A stretch of DNA of 63,403 nt, the filler included, from Octopus bimaculoides (lineage: Eukaryota), in the NCBI RefSeq assembly GCF_001194135.2. It is 6 parts of 5 records of this genome, joined end to end, with 100 filler letters (N's around TTAATTAATTAA, not from the genome) between each part and the next. Parts side by side here need not be neighbours in the genome. Positions count along the whole stretch, not along the records: positions 39,828 to 48,573 come from NC_068982.1; positions 48,674 to 54,197 come from NC_068981.1; 4 more parts are not named here. The stretch is one strand, 5' to 3'. Positions 41,251-51,999 of this stretch are shown here, in pieces (positions within the stretch are counted from its first letter, which is position 1; every line of letters begins with the position of its first letter). The notes beneath the pieces are model-generated. The model searched no databases. It was not told the origin of the DNA and saw only the letters and a list, made by a program, of their open reading frames with translations. The position numbers and the translations under genes are program-made.

Positions 41251-42522
41251 ATTTAGAAACATAGAACTTCATGGTTGAGATATCAGAAACGGACACAAAA
41301 ATGGCCGTAATTTCCAAGACCATAGTTTTCCCAACACTTCTCTGCAGATCTGAAGCTTAAGAACCTATTAGCACTATCTGAAAAATCTTGGAACATTTTC
41401 ATTAGCACATCCTTTGAAGCATTCTTGAAATCAGCTGGCAGGACAATCAAACAAACATCAGTGACTTCAGTGAAGCCAACACTGAAATAATCGCCTGGGC
41501 AGAACACCTTGACCAAATGACTGATAACTGGTTTCTAAAACAAATCTACTTCCATCTGAAAGAAGGAAAATAATGAAAAAGGAAGACAGAAGGAATACTG
41601 GTTGGGTTATGATTCTCTTCCTTCTCACTGTGGCCTGCCTACTTTCTATGTTGGTATGGATAGGATGGGTTGTTGCAATTTGAGATACTTGCTCTCTAGA
41701 ATAGGTTAGAGGATATATTACTCTATTTTGTTCTAGCTCAGTTCGTATGGCATTGGATGTGTATTGGCTGTACTTTATTGTAATACTAGTACTAGAGAGG
41801 TTAACCTGTTCTTGACAAAGGCAACATTCCTGTGCCCACTATCAGGCTAGCTGTACATTAGGGATTTGTGTATTCTTTCATCATTCGTTCTGATGAAATG
41901 ACCAGCCCAGTGAAATTGCAACTACATAAGGAAGCTTTCGATTCTACCAATCTTACGCTTGCTAAACAGGAGAATGGAGTGAACAACACATTTTATTGCA
42001 TAATACTACAATGGTTTTGTCAACATTTTACTAGGAATTATTGCTGGAATACTACTATATAATATACAGCATAATACATCGTTTTAGTATAACTTCAGCA
42101 ATACTGGAAAATGTCGACTCTTCACTGTAATGCACTGTAAAATCTACCTGATAGTTGATATCTGTGGACAGGCTTTTCTAAAGCAAGCTATAAGGCTAAT
42201 AGCCAAACTGAGTGTACATGCTTGTGTGAATATAACTATGAGTACACACATTGACATCATGATTTGAAGCTCACCTACAGATGATGACATTCTTGTTAGT
42301 AAGTTGCATTGCAACTAGTGAAATTTGTCATTTGCTGTCAACAAAATCATCTGCTCTCTCTATGCTCTGGAGTTCCTCTGGAATAAAAAACCCTCACTTG
42401 AGAAACAAGTGAGGAGTTGGGGACAAGAAGTGTATCCAGCCATAGCAAACACTACCTCAGTACTTAACTTCCATCTGTGCTGCACATGCATAAAAATCAG
42501 GCATTAAATGAAATGATATCAT

Positions 42523-42790
42523 CATTATTATCATCATTGCACTTTTCCATGCTTGCATGGATCAGATGGAATTCATTGAGGCAGATTTTCTATGGTGGGA
42601 TACCTTTCCTGTCACCAACCCTCAATTGTTTCCAAGCTAGGTAATATTTTCCCATGGTCAGATGTTTTCACTGAAGAATGGAAATGAAGGACACTACTTG
42701 TATGATAGTGATGCTCATTTACAACCATCACATAATATCAAGACAAGAAAACACATATGCACCCACCACCACCACCACATATATTATAGG
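42523..42790 (-). mobile_element. RTE-tail-related repeat with (ATG)n tail
   Basis: Close paralogue of 44742-44995 (CTTTTCCATGCTT..CAGATGGAATT..GAGGCAGATTTTCTA). Confidence 0.75.
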
Positions 42791-42941
42791 CTTTTTTCAG
42801 TTTCTGTTGAACAAATCCATTCACAAGGTTTTGGGGATAACCCTGAACTATAGTAGAAAACACTTCCTCAAGGTCTCACACAGTAAGATTGAACTTGAAA
42901 CAATATGGTTGGGAGGTGACCTTCTTAACTACATAGACATT

Positions 42942-42979
<38 letters not shown>

Positions 42980-42980
<1 letters not shown>

Positions 42981-43364
42981 TCTTTTACTTGTTTCAGTCA
43001 TTTGATTGTGGCCATGCTGGAGCACCACCTTTAGTCGAGCAAATTGACCCCGGGACTTATTCTTTGTAAGCCCAGTACTTATTCTGTCAGTCACTTTTGC
43101 TGAACCACTAAGTGATGGAGACATAAACACACCAGCATTGGTTGTCAAGCAATGTTAGGGGAACAAACTCAGACACACAAACATACAAACACACATATAT
43201 ATACATATATATAATGGGTTTTCAGTTTCCGTCTACCAAATCCACTCACAAGATAGCCCAAGGCTATAGTAGAAGACACTTGCCCAAGATTCCACGCAGT
43301 GAGACTGAACCCGGAACCATGTGGCTGGTAAGCAAGGTACTTACCACACAGCCACTCCTGCACC
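42980..43364 (-). mobile_element. SINE family 2, full-length
   Basis: Reverse complement of 49866-50322, from the head AGGAGTGGCTGTGTGGTAAG to the tail AAACAAGTAAAAGAG. Confidence 0.9.
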
Positions 43365-43396
<32 letters not shown>

Positions 43397-43437
43397 ATAT
43401 ATATACAAATAATAACAACAGACGAGGACATATATAT

Positions 43438-43559
43438 ATGGCTGTGTGGTAAGAAGCTTGCTTCCCAAAGCCATGTTCCAGGTTCAGTCCCACTGTGTGG
43501 TAGTTTCAGGCCAAGTGAGTGGTTTTGGTAGATAGAAACTGAAAGAAGCTTGTCATGTG

Positions 43560-43612
<53 letters not shown>

Positions 43613-43832
43613 TATTATGTATATATATGAGTGTGTGTGTCTTTGTCCCCCACCACCACTTGACAACCAGTGTTGGTGTACTTACATCCCCATAACTTAG
43701 CAGTTTGACAAAAGAGACTGATAGACTAAGTATCAGGCTGAGAACAAATAAGTACTGGGGTTGATACATTTGAGTAAAAAAATTCAAGATGCTCCAGCGT
43801 GGCCACAATCTAATGCCTGAAACATGAAAGAT
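43438..43832 (+). mobile_element. SINE family 2, full-length, head-to-head with the previous copy
   Basis: GGCTGTGTGGTAAGAAGCTTGCTTCC..GGTTCAGTCCCACTG..CTCCAGCGTGGCC. Confidence 0.9.
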
Positions 43833-44029
43833 ACATTCCTTTCCCCCACACTACACAATCCAGTCCCTTGACCCATAATGTCCATTTCTTGTTACTTCGC
43901 CTAAAGTCATTACTCTCCCCTTGTCTCCTTTCTGTTATGGGAGCTCTTAAGTATTTCAAGTTACAAACTGTCCTCATTAGTGTTGTGCCAAAAAAAAAAA
44001 AAAAAATTATCCACCACACTGTAAAATGG

Positions 44030-44480
44030 TTGGCAAATTTAGTAAGAGACAATGCAGGCTTGAGAGTACTCTTCAGCTTTGCTGGGGCAAGGCAACTTCT
44101 ACAATGCTGGTGCCACAAACACAATATTTGCAGGACATTCTGTATAGGGGATATCATTAGAAAAGCCATCCAGCCATAGAAACCATACCAAAACAGATGC
44201 ATTGGAGCGTGATACAGTCCTCCAACTGGTTAGATCCTGTCAAATCAACCAATCCATGCCAGCAGGGAAAGCGAATTTAAAAGGTTAATGATAACGTAGG
44301 TAGGATGCTCTGTATAATGGATAGCATTAGAAAGGATATCTAGCCATAGAAACCATGCCGAAACTGATGTATTGAAGCATGATACAATCCTCCACCTGGT
44401 TGGATCCTATCAAATCAACCAATCCATGCCAAAAAGGAAAACAAGCTTAAAAGGTTAATGATAATGATAATGATGATAAT
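44030..44480 (+). mobile_element. RTE-type tail with a local tandem duplication of about 175 bp
   Basis: 44146-44295 and 44319-44470 share CCATAGAAACCAT..GATACA..TCCTCCA..GATCCT..CAAATCAACCAATCCATGCCA..TTAAAAGGTTAATGATAA. Confidence 0.8.
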
Positions 44481-44741
44481 TATCATGATAAATGTTATAT
44501 GCTTATTTATTTGTAACTGCCAATATTTGATAGAATACATGTATACCAATATATTATTATAAACATAATTTGTAGGTACAAAATGTATTTTCTTTGTTTA
44601 TTTGTTTTCTGCTGGTTTGCTGTATCCCCCAAATACCTAATTAGCAATGTTTAGATTTATCGAGAAAAACATTGTTTTTCTCAATATAAATCTATAATAT
44701 CTGAATTTGTTGGAATGAAATTTAATTAATGTTTTCTTTAC

Positions 44742-44995
44742 CATCATCATCACCATCATCACTATCATTTTAATGCTCACTTTTCCATGCTTTCATGGGT
44801 CAGATGGAATTTGTTGAGGCAGATTTTCTACAGCTGGATGCCCTTTCTGTACTAACCCTCACCTGTTTTTAAACAAAGTAATATTTCTTCATGGCCAGAA
44901 AATGTTTTTTATGGAAGACTGAAAGTGAACAACCCCACTTGTATGATGGTGCTTGTTTACAATCAACATGTAACGTCAAAATAAGGATACACACA
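44742..44995 (-). mobile_element. RTE-tail-related repeat
   Basis: Paralogue of 42523-42790. Confidence 0.75.
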
Positions 44996-45017
44996 CTCCC
45001 TCACTCTCTCTCTTTCA

Positions 45018-45050
<33 letters not shown>

Positions 45051-45346
45051 AGAGGATTCTTTCTGTTTCTATCTATCAAATCCACACACAATGTCTTGGT
45101 CGATCAAGCAGTGAAACTGAACGTCAAACCACATGGTTGGAAAGTAAACTTTTTGACCACACAGCCAGGCTTGTGCCTACCTTTATCAGCATTGTATAAT
45201 AAATCTTTTAGGTTTATCTTTTATCTGCCTCGGTCATTGGACTGTAGTTATGCTGGAGCACCACTTTGAAGGTTTTTAGTTGAACAGATTGCATCTGGGT
45301 ATGGAAAGTTATGTAATGAAGGGCAAAATCATCTACTAACAAACGT

Positions 45347-45486
45347 ATCATCATCATCATTTAACGTTCATTTTTCATGCTGGCATGGGTTGCACAGTTT
45401 AACAGAAAACAAGTAAGCTGGGGAGCTGCACCAGGTTCCAATCTGATTTAGCATGGTTTCTACAGTTGGATGCCCTTCCTGATGCC
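45347..45486 (-). mobile_element. RTE-type tail
   Basis: CATCATTTAACGTTCATTTTTCATGCTGGCATGGGTT..GTTTCTACAGTTGGATGCCCTTCCT. Another copy lies at 46048-46260. Confidence 0.8.
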
Positions 45487-45494
45487 ATGATGTC

Positions 45495-45600
45495 AGATGA
45501 AACAGCAATGATAACATTAATGTATAGAAGAAAGGAGATGAGAGGAATAACTGAACCCTGAGGTACGCCAGAGTTGACAGAATGTTGGTAGAATAGAATA
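45495..45600 (-). mobile_element. CR1/L2-like reverse-transcriptase fragment
   Basis: VNSGVPQGSVIPLISFLLYIN resembles the RT domain-4 motif SGVPQGSVLGP-LF-LYIND. Confidence 0.6.
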
Positions 45601-46451
45601 TATATAGTTTGAAGCACTATTGTTTCACCTACATCACCATCCCTATCAAGTCCTTTCCCATCCCTCATCTCCCTATGACTCATACCTCTATCACTTTCCT
45701 AACTACTGTTGTATTCTACTTCTGTAATCCATGAGAGTAGAACTACATATGATAGATGGCTGGTAGCTACCTTTGTTGCAGCCACCATCAGAACCTATAG
45801 CCAATCCTCACTCAGATCATTCCCTATCATCTTTAAAAAGAAAAGAGAGAACATACATTAGAGAATGTAGTGCATCATATCCCTAAAAATGGCTTGATGG
45901 CCATAGCCAGAAGGGCTTTTATCATCTTGTTCAATCTGAATTGACTTGAGGCTAAACAACAGAGAGATAAGCCAAAATGGAATCTAAAAGTAGGATTACA
46001 ACCATATATCCCTTTGTTTTAGGGCTTACTTTAGGCTAAAAAACATACATCATCATCTTCAACATCATCATTTAGTGTCCCTTTTTCCATGCTGGCATGG
46101 GTTGGATAGTTTGACATGAACTGATGGGCCAGAGGGTTGTGCCAAGCTCCAATGTCTACTTTGATATGGCTTCTACAGCTGGATGTCCTTCTTAACATCA
46201 ACCATTTTAGAGTGTGTTGGGTGGGTTTTTCAGTGACACCAGCACTGGTGATGTCCCAAAGTACCCTTAAGACAAACCCCCTGAACTGAGTGGGGTGTAA
46301 GTATTGAGGAATATGAAAGTATGATAAAGGAACAGGAGCAGGTATCTTGCTGAAGAGCTAAATACACAACTTCCCAAGTGCAGAGAGAGAGATGTTAAAT
46401 CAAAGTACAAGACAAATATGAGACAGAAATAGGGAAATAGGATAGACAGAT

Positions 46452-46748
46452 CAGTGGTTCTCAGCTAATTTTTGCCTGTAGACCCCTTTGCCTATTCTGG
46501 TGGACCTCCAAAGCCATTAAAAACTAGTTTTATAGACACTCTTTCCTAAATTCCAATTTTGCTTTTCAAACAATAACTTGCCATTTGAACTATGTAAAAT
46601 ATTAGAGAAAGAAACCAAGCTGTTTCTTGCAATAAATACACTTAAAATACTGTGGACCTCCAATTTACTATTTGCTTGCATGAACCTTCAAAAATTTTAC
46701 ATGATCCCCCCCCCCCCCGGTTCTATGAACCCTGTTTGAGAACCACTG
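46452..46748. mobile_element. hAT-type MITE, third copy
   Basis: TIRs CAGTGGTTCTCAGC / TTTGAGAACCACTG. The interior resembles 38687-39032. Confidence 0.8.
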
Positions 46749-47449
46749 GGATAGNNNNNNNNNNCCCCCCCGGTTCTATGAACCCTGTTTGAGAACCACT
46801 GGGATAGAAGGACAGAAAAGGTGGGTAGGTAAGTGTGCTAGATGGTAGAGGGAACCAAAAAATATCTAAACTATAACACTGCATCATATTCAATCAGCCA
46901 TACGTATCAGAATGGCCTTCAACCAGACGGTAGTAAGTCATATCTGAAGCTATGGATCAATGGAATGCACCAACTACCTATGTGGTGCCATAAGTCTTCT
47001 TAATCAGGGCTGACCAGGGTTGTACTTACAGCTAGTATTTTAATTATAACAGCAATCTCCATTCAACCCTTTTGATTCAAACCCATTTCTATATGTCTCA
47101 GTATTTCTTTTATTTTTTTTTTGTGAGTTGCTGGTTAAATAATCTGAAATAATAACTATTTTAAAAAGTGCTTACCAAAACTTTAAAAAAAAAATCAAGA
47201 AACAAACAAACTATAATAACCTCCTTCAGATTATTTGCAATAATTGTAATTAAAGTTAATTATTTTGAAGTTTATCAGTGCTTTGTTAACTTGAAGATTG
47301 TGAAATTGAAATTTAGAAAGAATTTGACTGATGCTTAACTTGTATTACTTTTAATTTGGTCATTTATCTCTTCTAATGTGTGAACTGTTTTCATTATAGA
47401 CCCTATATTGTTATCTCACTATCACCAACAGTTTTTGCTTTGTTTTTTC

Positions 47450-47480
<31 letters not shown>

Positions 47481-47667
47481 GTAGACGACCATCAATTTGA
47501 ATAACAAAAAACATCATCTTTGATTTCATATGCACATGATCTCATTATATATCCTTTTGATGTGTGTTTGTGCAGACATACACACACACACACTTACATA
47601 GATCAATGTGCTTATGCTCATATATTGATATAGATACAGCTACCATTATGTGCTTGTACACACACGT

Positions 47668-47701
<34 letters not shown>

Positions 47702-47711
47702 NNNNNNNNNN

Positions 47712-47743
<32 letters not shown>

Positions 47744-48068
47744 TACCTACCACTGTGTGTTTGCACACACACATATTGATAGATATACCTATCACATGCA
47801 TATTTTTGTATAATGGAAAACACTGCAAATATATTTTCTTTATAAATATAAGACTTAACTTCATCACAGACTATTATACAGGAATCATAAACATTTCCAC
47901 ATAAAAACATTCTTATCATATTATTCTATCATGAACTGAACTTTTCTTTTTTCTTTTTTCTTTTTAGGCATTGTTCTACAAGTTCTTTTTTTTTTTCTTT
48001 TTTGCTCTATTGTCTGTCTTTTGTCTTGCTTTATTTATTGAAACCCATTTCTCGTTTTTATATTTTAG

Positions 48069-48121
48069 ACTATCTCTGACCTCCAGAATACTATTTATAA
48101 GTTGAAGGATGATTTGAAAAG
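48069..48121 (+). CDS. Candidate internal exon, coiled-coil-like peptide TISDLQNTIYKLKDDLK[R/S]
   Basis: Acceptor TTCTCGTTTTTATATTTTAG, donor AAG|GTAGGT, an open frame, and heptad-like hydrophobic spacing. Confidence 0.5.
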
Positions 48122-48573
48122 GTAGGTATTGCAGTAGAGCTTATCTCATTTCTGGAAACATCTTTCACTGAAAGAAACTGTTTTACATTAATATTAGTTT
48201 CAGCAATTTGTCTTCATAATGCTGCCAAGGTAAATATGGTTGCTTCTTTCTCAAGCAGTTTGAGAAATAAATTTCAGGAAGATACAATTACTGAAGAGTC
48301 ATTTATGATATTTAGGAATGAGATTTTTATTAAAGAATTGGTTTCTATTAATATAAATGCTGACATCTTCAGCTTATTAAAGATGTAGTATTTCACAGCA
48401 AGGAAAAGCTTGCAGTAACCTTTAAACATTCTGAAAACTGTTGTATCACAGGGTTAAATGCTTGCTTCATCACTTGATTCGCTAAACTAGTATAAATAAT
48501 GGGTTAGACAAAGATTTCAGTAAAAAAAACAGACTACAAATGTAGAAGATCACCTATTATTGTGTGTGTGTAT

Positions 48574-48673
48574 NNNNNNNNNNNNNNNNNNNNNNNNNNN
48601 NNNNNNNNNNNNNNNNNTTAATTAATTAANNNNNNNNNNNNNNNNNNNNNNNNNNNNNNNNNNNNNNNNNNNN
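48574..48673. other. Artificial scaffold spacer
   Basis: 44N-TTAATTAATTAA-44N. Confidence 0.95.
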
Positions 48674-48699
48674 CTCTTTCTCTCTCTGTGAAAGTATCT

Positions 48700-49014
48700 G
48701 TCACTACAGTATCGAAATGTGATTGTTTCAGTTAGTGGAATAGTTTCATTTTTAAAGTGAAAGTATTTGACATGAGTGTTTTTGTTTCACTTTTGACACG
48801 TAATACTTAAATAGTGGAGGAGATATGTTGCTGTGTGCTCGAACTCTGCAAGAAGTTAATAATTTTTTTTTACTAAAACACAACTGGAACCCTAAGTAAG
48901 GCATGTGTAAAATTTGAATGAAATTGGTTGCGTAGTTCTCGAGTTTTAGGGATTCACACAGACAGACAGACAGACAGACAGACACACACACATTCTCATT
49001 TTTATATATATAGA
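48700..49014 (-). mobile_element. Non-autonomous Helitron-like element, 5' portion
   Basis: (-) strand A|TCTATATATATAAAAATGAGAATGTGTG(TCTG)n..CTCGAGAACTACGCAACCAATTTCATTCAAATTTTACACATG. The 5' TC terminus after A and the subterminal tetranucleotide microsatellite are typical of Lep1-like Helitrons. No 3' CTRR end is seen. Confidence 0.6.
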
Positions 49015-49865
49015 TAACTGGTACATACTCAAAATCAAGATATACACTTATAAGGTATATTGTATGTGTGGAAACATAGATAGACGTGAGTGCAGGTGTG
49101 CTGATACTATACATGGAGATATCTATATCAGGACGTATGTTTAAGGATATGTGGATATGTGAGTGTATGTATATGGTTACTAGGGTGTAACTATAGATGT
49201 GTGGAGATGTATGTGTATATTCATGCATTCAGAATTTTGCATAACGAGGCGTACGTGTATACGCTCGAGCATGTTAGCAGGCGTATCTGTATAAGTGCAT
49301 GTGTATACACACATAAACATATACTATGACTTCTAAGTAAGTGTATGTACCCATGTAATAGAGAAGTTTATAAAGCTAGGAATTTTTAGTAGTGTGTATG
49401 GGTAAACTGACCACTCATCACAATGATATCAAATTACAACCTTAATCTATATTTCAAGGAGTGGCCTAAGAAATTATTTATGACCACTACAATCCCATCC
49501 AAGGCAACATCATGTTCTCAACTCTATAGTATTTTATCTCTTTATGTCTTATTCTACATTATGGTTTTATTTATTTTATTTCTTTTGTTACTTTATTCCA
49601 ATTTCGCTAAATCTTATTTATATATGTATCTAACTTTATTATCCTTATTTTTAGTTTTATTACTCTGGATTTGACTTCTCTTACTTTTATATTTCATTTT
49701 ATTTTTTAATTTTAACTTTTACTTTATTTTTTACTTTTGATCTTCTCTTTCTATCACATACACACTAGTTAAATATAATCCAATCTATTTAACATTCACT
49801 CTATGCTGAATTGTGGTACAGTATGGGCAGATTTTTGAAATCCAATGAACATTTATGAAGATATA

Positions 49866-50322
49866 GGCACAGGAGTGGCTGTGTGGTAAGTAGCTTGCTT
49901 ACCAACCACATGGTTTCAGGTTCAGTCCCACTGCGTGTCACCTTGGGCAAGTGTCTTCTACTATAGCCTCGGGTCNNNNNNNNNNCAGTCCCACTGCGTG
50001 TCACCTTGGGCAAGTGTCTTCTACTATAGCCTCGGGTCGACCAAAGCCTTGTGAGTGGATTTGGTAGCCGGAAACTGAAAGAAGCCCATCGTATATATGT
50101 ATGTATGTGTGTTTGTGTGTCTGTGTTTGTCCCACCATCATTGCTTGACAACCAATGCTGGTGTGTTTACGTCCCCATAACTTAGCGGTTCGGCAAAAAG
50201 TGACCGATAAAATAAGTACTAGGCTTCCAAAGAATAAGTCCTGGGGTCGATTTGCTCGACTAAAGGCGGTGTTCCAGCATGGCCGCAGTCAAATGACTGA
50301 AACAAGTAAAAGAGTAAAAGAG
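49866..50322 (+). mobile_element. SINE family 2, full-length, CpG-rich (least decayed copy)
   Basis: tRNA-like head with A-box-like TGGCTGTGTGGTAAG and B-box-like GGTTCAGTCCC, a central TA/TG microsatellite, and an (AAAAGAGT)-type tail. Confidence 0.9.
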
Positions 50323-50652
50323 TATATAACTTTTTAAAGGATAAACCTATTATAATGGGTAATACTAAATGGATTTTTTTCTTTTTCTCTTTCTTTTTCT
50401 TTTTCCTTTGTGATGTAATCTTTGGACTAGCAATGTTTGCAGCTGAAGATAGCTTTAAACCATCCTTTATATCAACAATATATACTGATGTAATGACAGA
50501 TTGTGTATAAAGCTTGACACACTTGTACCGCGATATCCTTTGTGTTCTGTTTTCACTTTACGTTTGATATATTCTTTCACCTCTGCCACTATCTCGCATA
50601 TACAGGTGGTTACACTTATCAAGTATTACCTGTAAACTTAGAGTACCTACGT

Positions 50653-50685
<33 letters not shown>

Positions 50686-50873
50686 GCCATGATAGATCAC
50701 TTGCCACTAAACTCTTTTCTATTTTCTCTCCCTGTTTATTTCTGTGTTCCTTTCTGTCGAAGAGTATAGGCTTGAAACGTAAAAGACTCTCACTTCCCGA
50801 GTGTTAAACTAATACATCTGTTTGTTGTTTACACACCCGTCTTCATCTTTTGTTTTTTTTTGTAAATTCTCAC
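50686..50873 (+). repeat. Family B repeat, copy 2, bracketed by (TA)n on both sides, with a hammerhead-like core at 50750-50785
   Basis: CTTT-CTGTCGA-A-GAG-TATAGG-CTT-GAAAC-GTA-AAAG. Homologous to 5170-5312. Confidence 0.75.
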
Positions 50874-50890
50874 TATATATATATATATAT

Positions 50891-51181
50891 ATCATCATCA
50901 TCGTTTAACGTCCGCTTTCCATGCTAGCATGGGTTGGACGATTTGACTGAGGACTGGTGAAACCGGATGGCAACACCAGGCTCCAATCTAATTTGGCAGA
51001 GTTTCTACAGCTGGATGCCCTTACTAACGCCAACCACTCAGAGAGTGTAGTGGGTGTGCGTGTATTTATAAAATTATATACATATACGGAAGCACTTATG
51101 CACACACATATACAAACATGAGTATATATAAATATAAATATATCATCATCATCATCATCATCATCGTTTAACGTCCGCTTT
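50891..51181 (-). mobile_element. RTE-type tails (one longer copy 50891-51058; start of a second at 51141-51181)
   Basis: CATCATCATCGTTTAACGTCCGCTTT occurs at both positions. Confidence 0.85.
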
Positions 51182-51999
51182 NNNNNNNNNNNNNNNNNNN
51201 NNNNNNNNNNNNNNNNNNNNNNNNNNNNNNNNNNNNNNNNNNNNNNNNNNNNNNNNNNNNNNNNNNNNNNNNNNNNNNNNNGAGTTGCATTTCCTCGCAT
51301 TCGGTAAAAATGTGCTTTTTATAGTAGTCTGGATTGCATATATATGTGTATACAAAAATGTATATTCGCATCATGTATACAGATATATAGGGATATGTAC
51401 ACAAATACACACAAACATAACTGTATACGTGCGTATGCACACATTCAAGTATGTATGTGTGTAAACCTGAGCACACATTCTCATATATAACATAGAAGCA
51501 CACATACAAATAAATGTATGTATGTGTAAATAAATATAAGCATACACTCTTACCCATGCATACACAAAGACACACATACGAAATCATTACTGTATGTGCA
51601 CGAGTGTAAACCTAGGCTCTATATGTAAGCATAGACGCTCACATACGAATACATATGCATTGCTACAATACAGACATCCACATAAAAAACTTTTAGGTCT
51701 CAGCGTATATATGCAGACAGCTTTTTAAGAAATTGCTGAGTGTATAAAAGTTAAAATTGGGCAAAAATACATGCATAATAGAATTCCATATATCAAACCA
51801 TCCATAAAAATGGTTAAATTCGATTACAAAGTATTTTAAAATAAATACAAATAAAATAGAATAAAGTAAAGTAAAACAAGAAAATAGAAAAACTATGCAT
51901 ATAACAGTCGAAGGCTTTCTTAAAAAGATGTAGGGATCTATACAATGTTCTTGCAACGCGAAATAAATCATGTATAATGCGGTACAAATTCAATAGTGA

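Noticed and set aside
41283-41516. 77-aa ORF on - (MVKVFCPGDYF...); similar short ORFs at 13847-13980 and 32921-33164
   Set aside because: Protein-like by eye but with no known motif or splice support. A BLASTX search would be needed to revive them.
44146-44480. Repeat-spacer-like periodicity as a CRISPR array
   Set aside because: Eukaryotic context, only two long diverged units, and no unique spacers or cas genes.
46706-46807. Apparent direct repeat around a 10-N gap (likewise 49925-50037)
   Set aside because: Identical sequence on both sides of a 10-N gap is typical of an unmerged contig overlap, not a real duplication.
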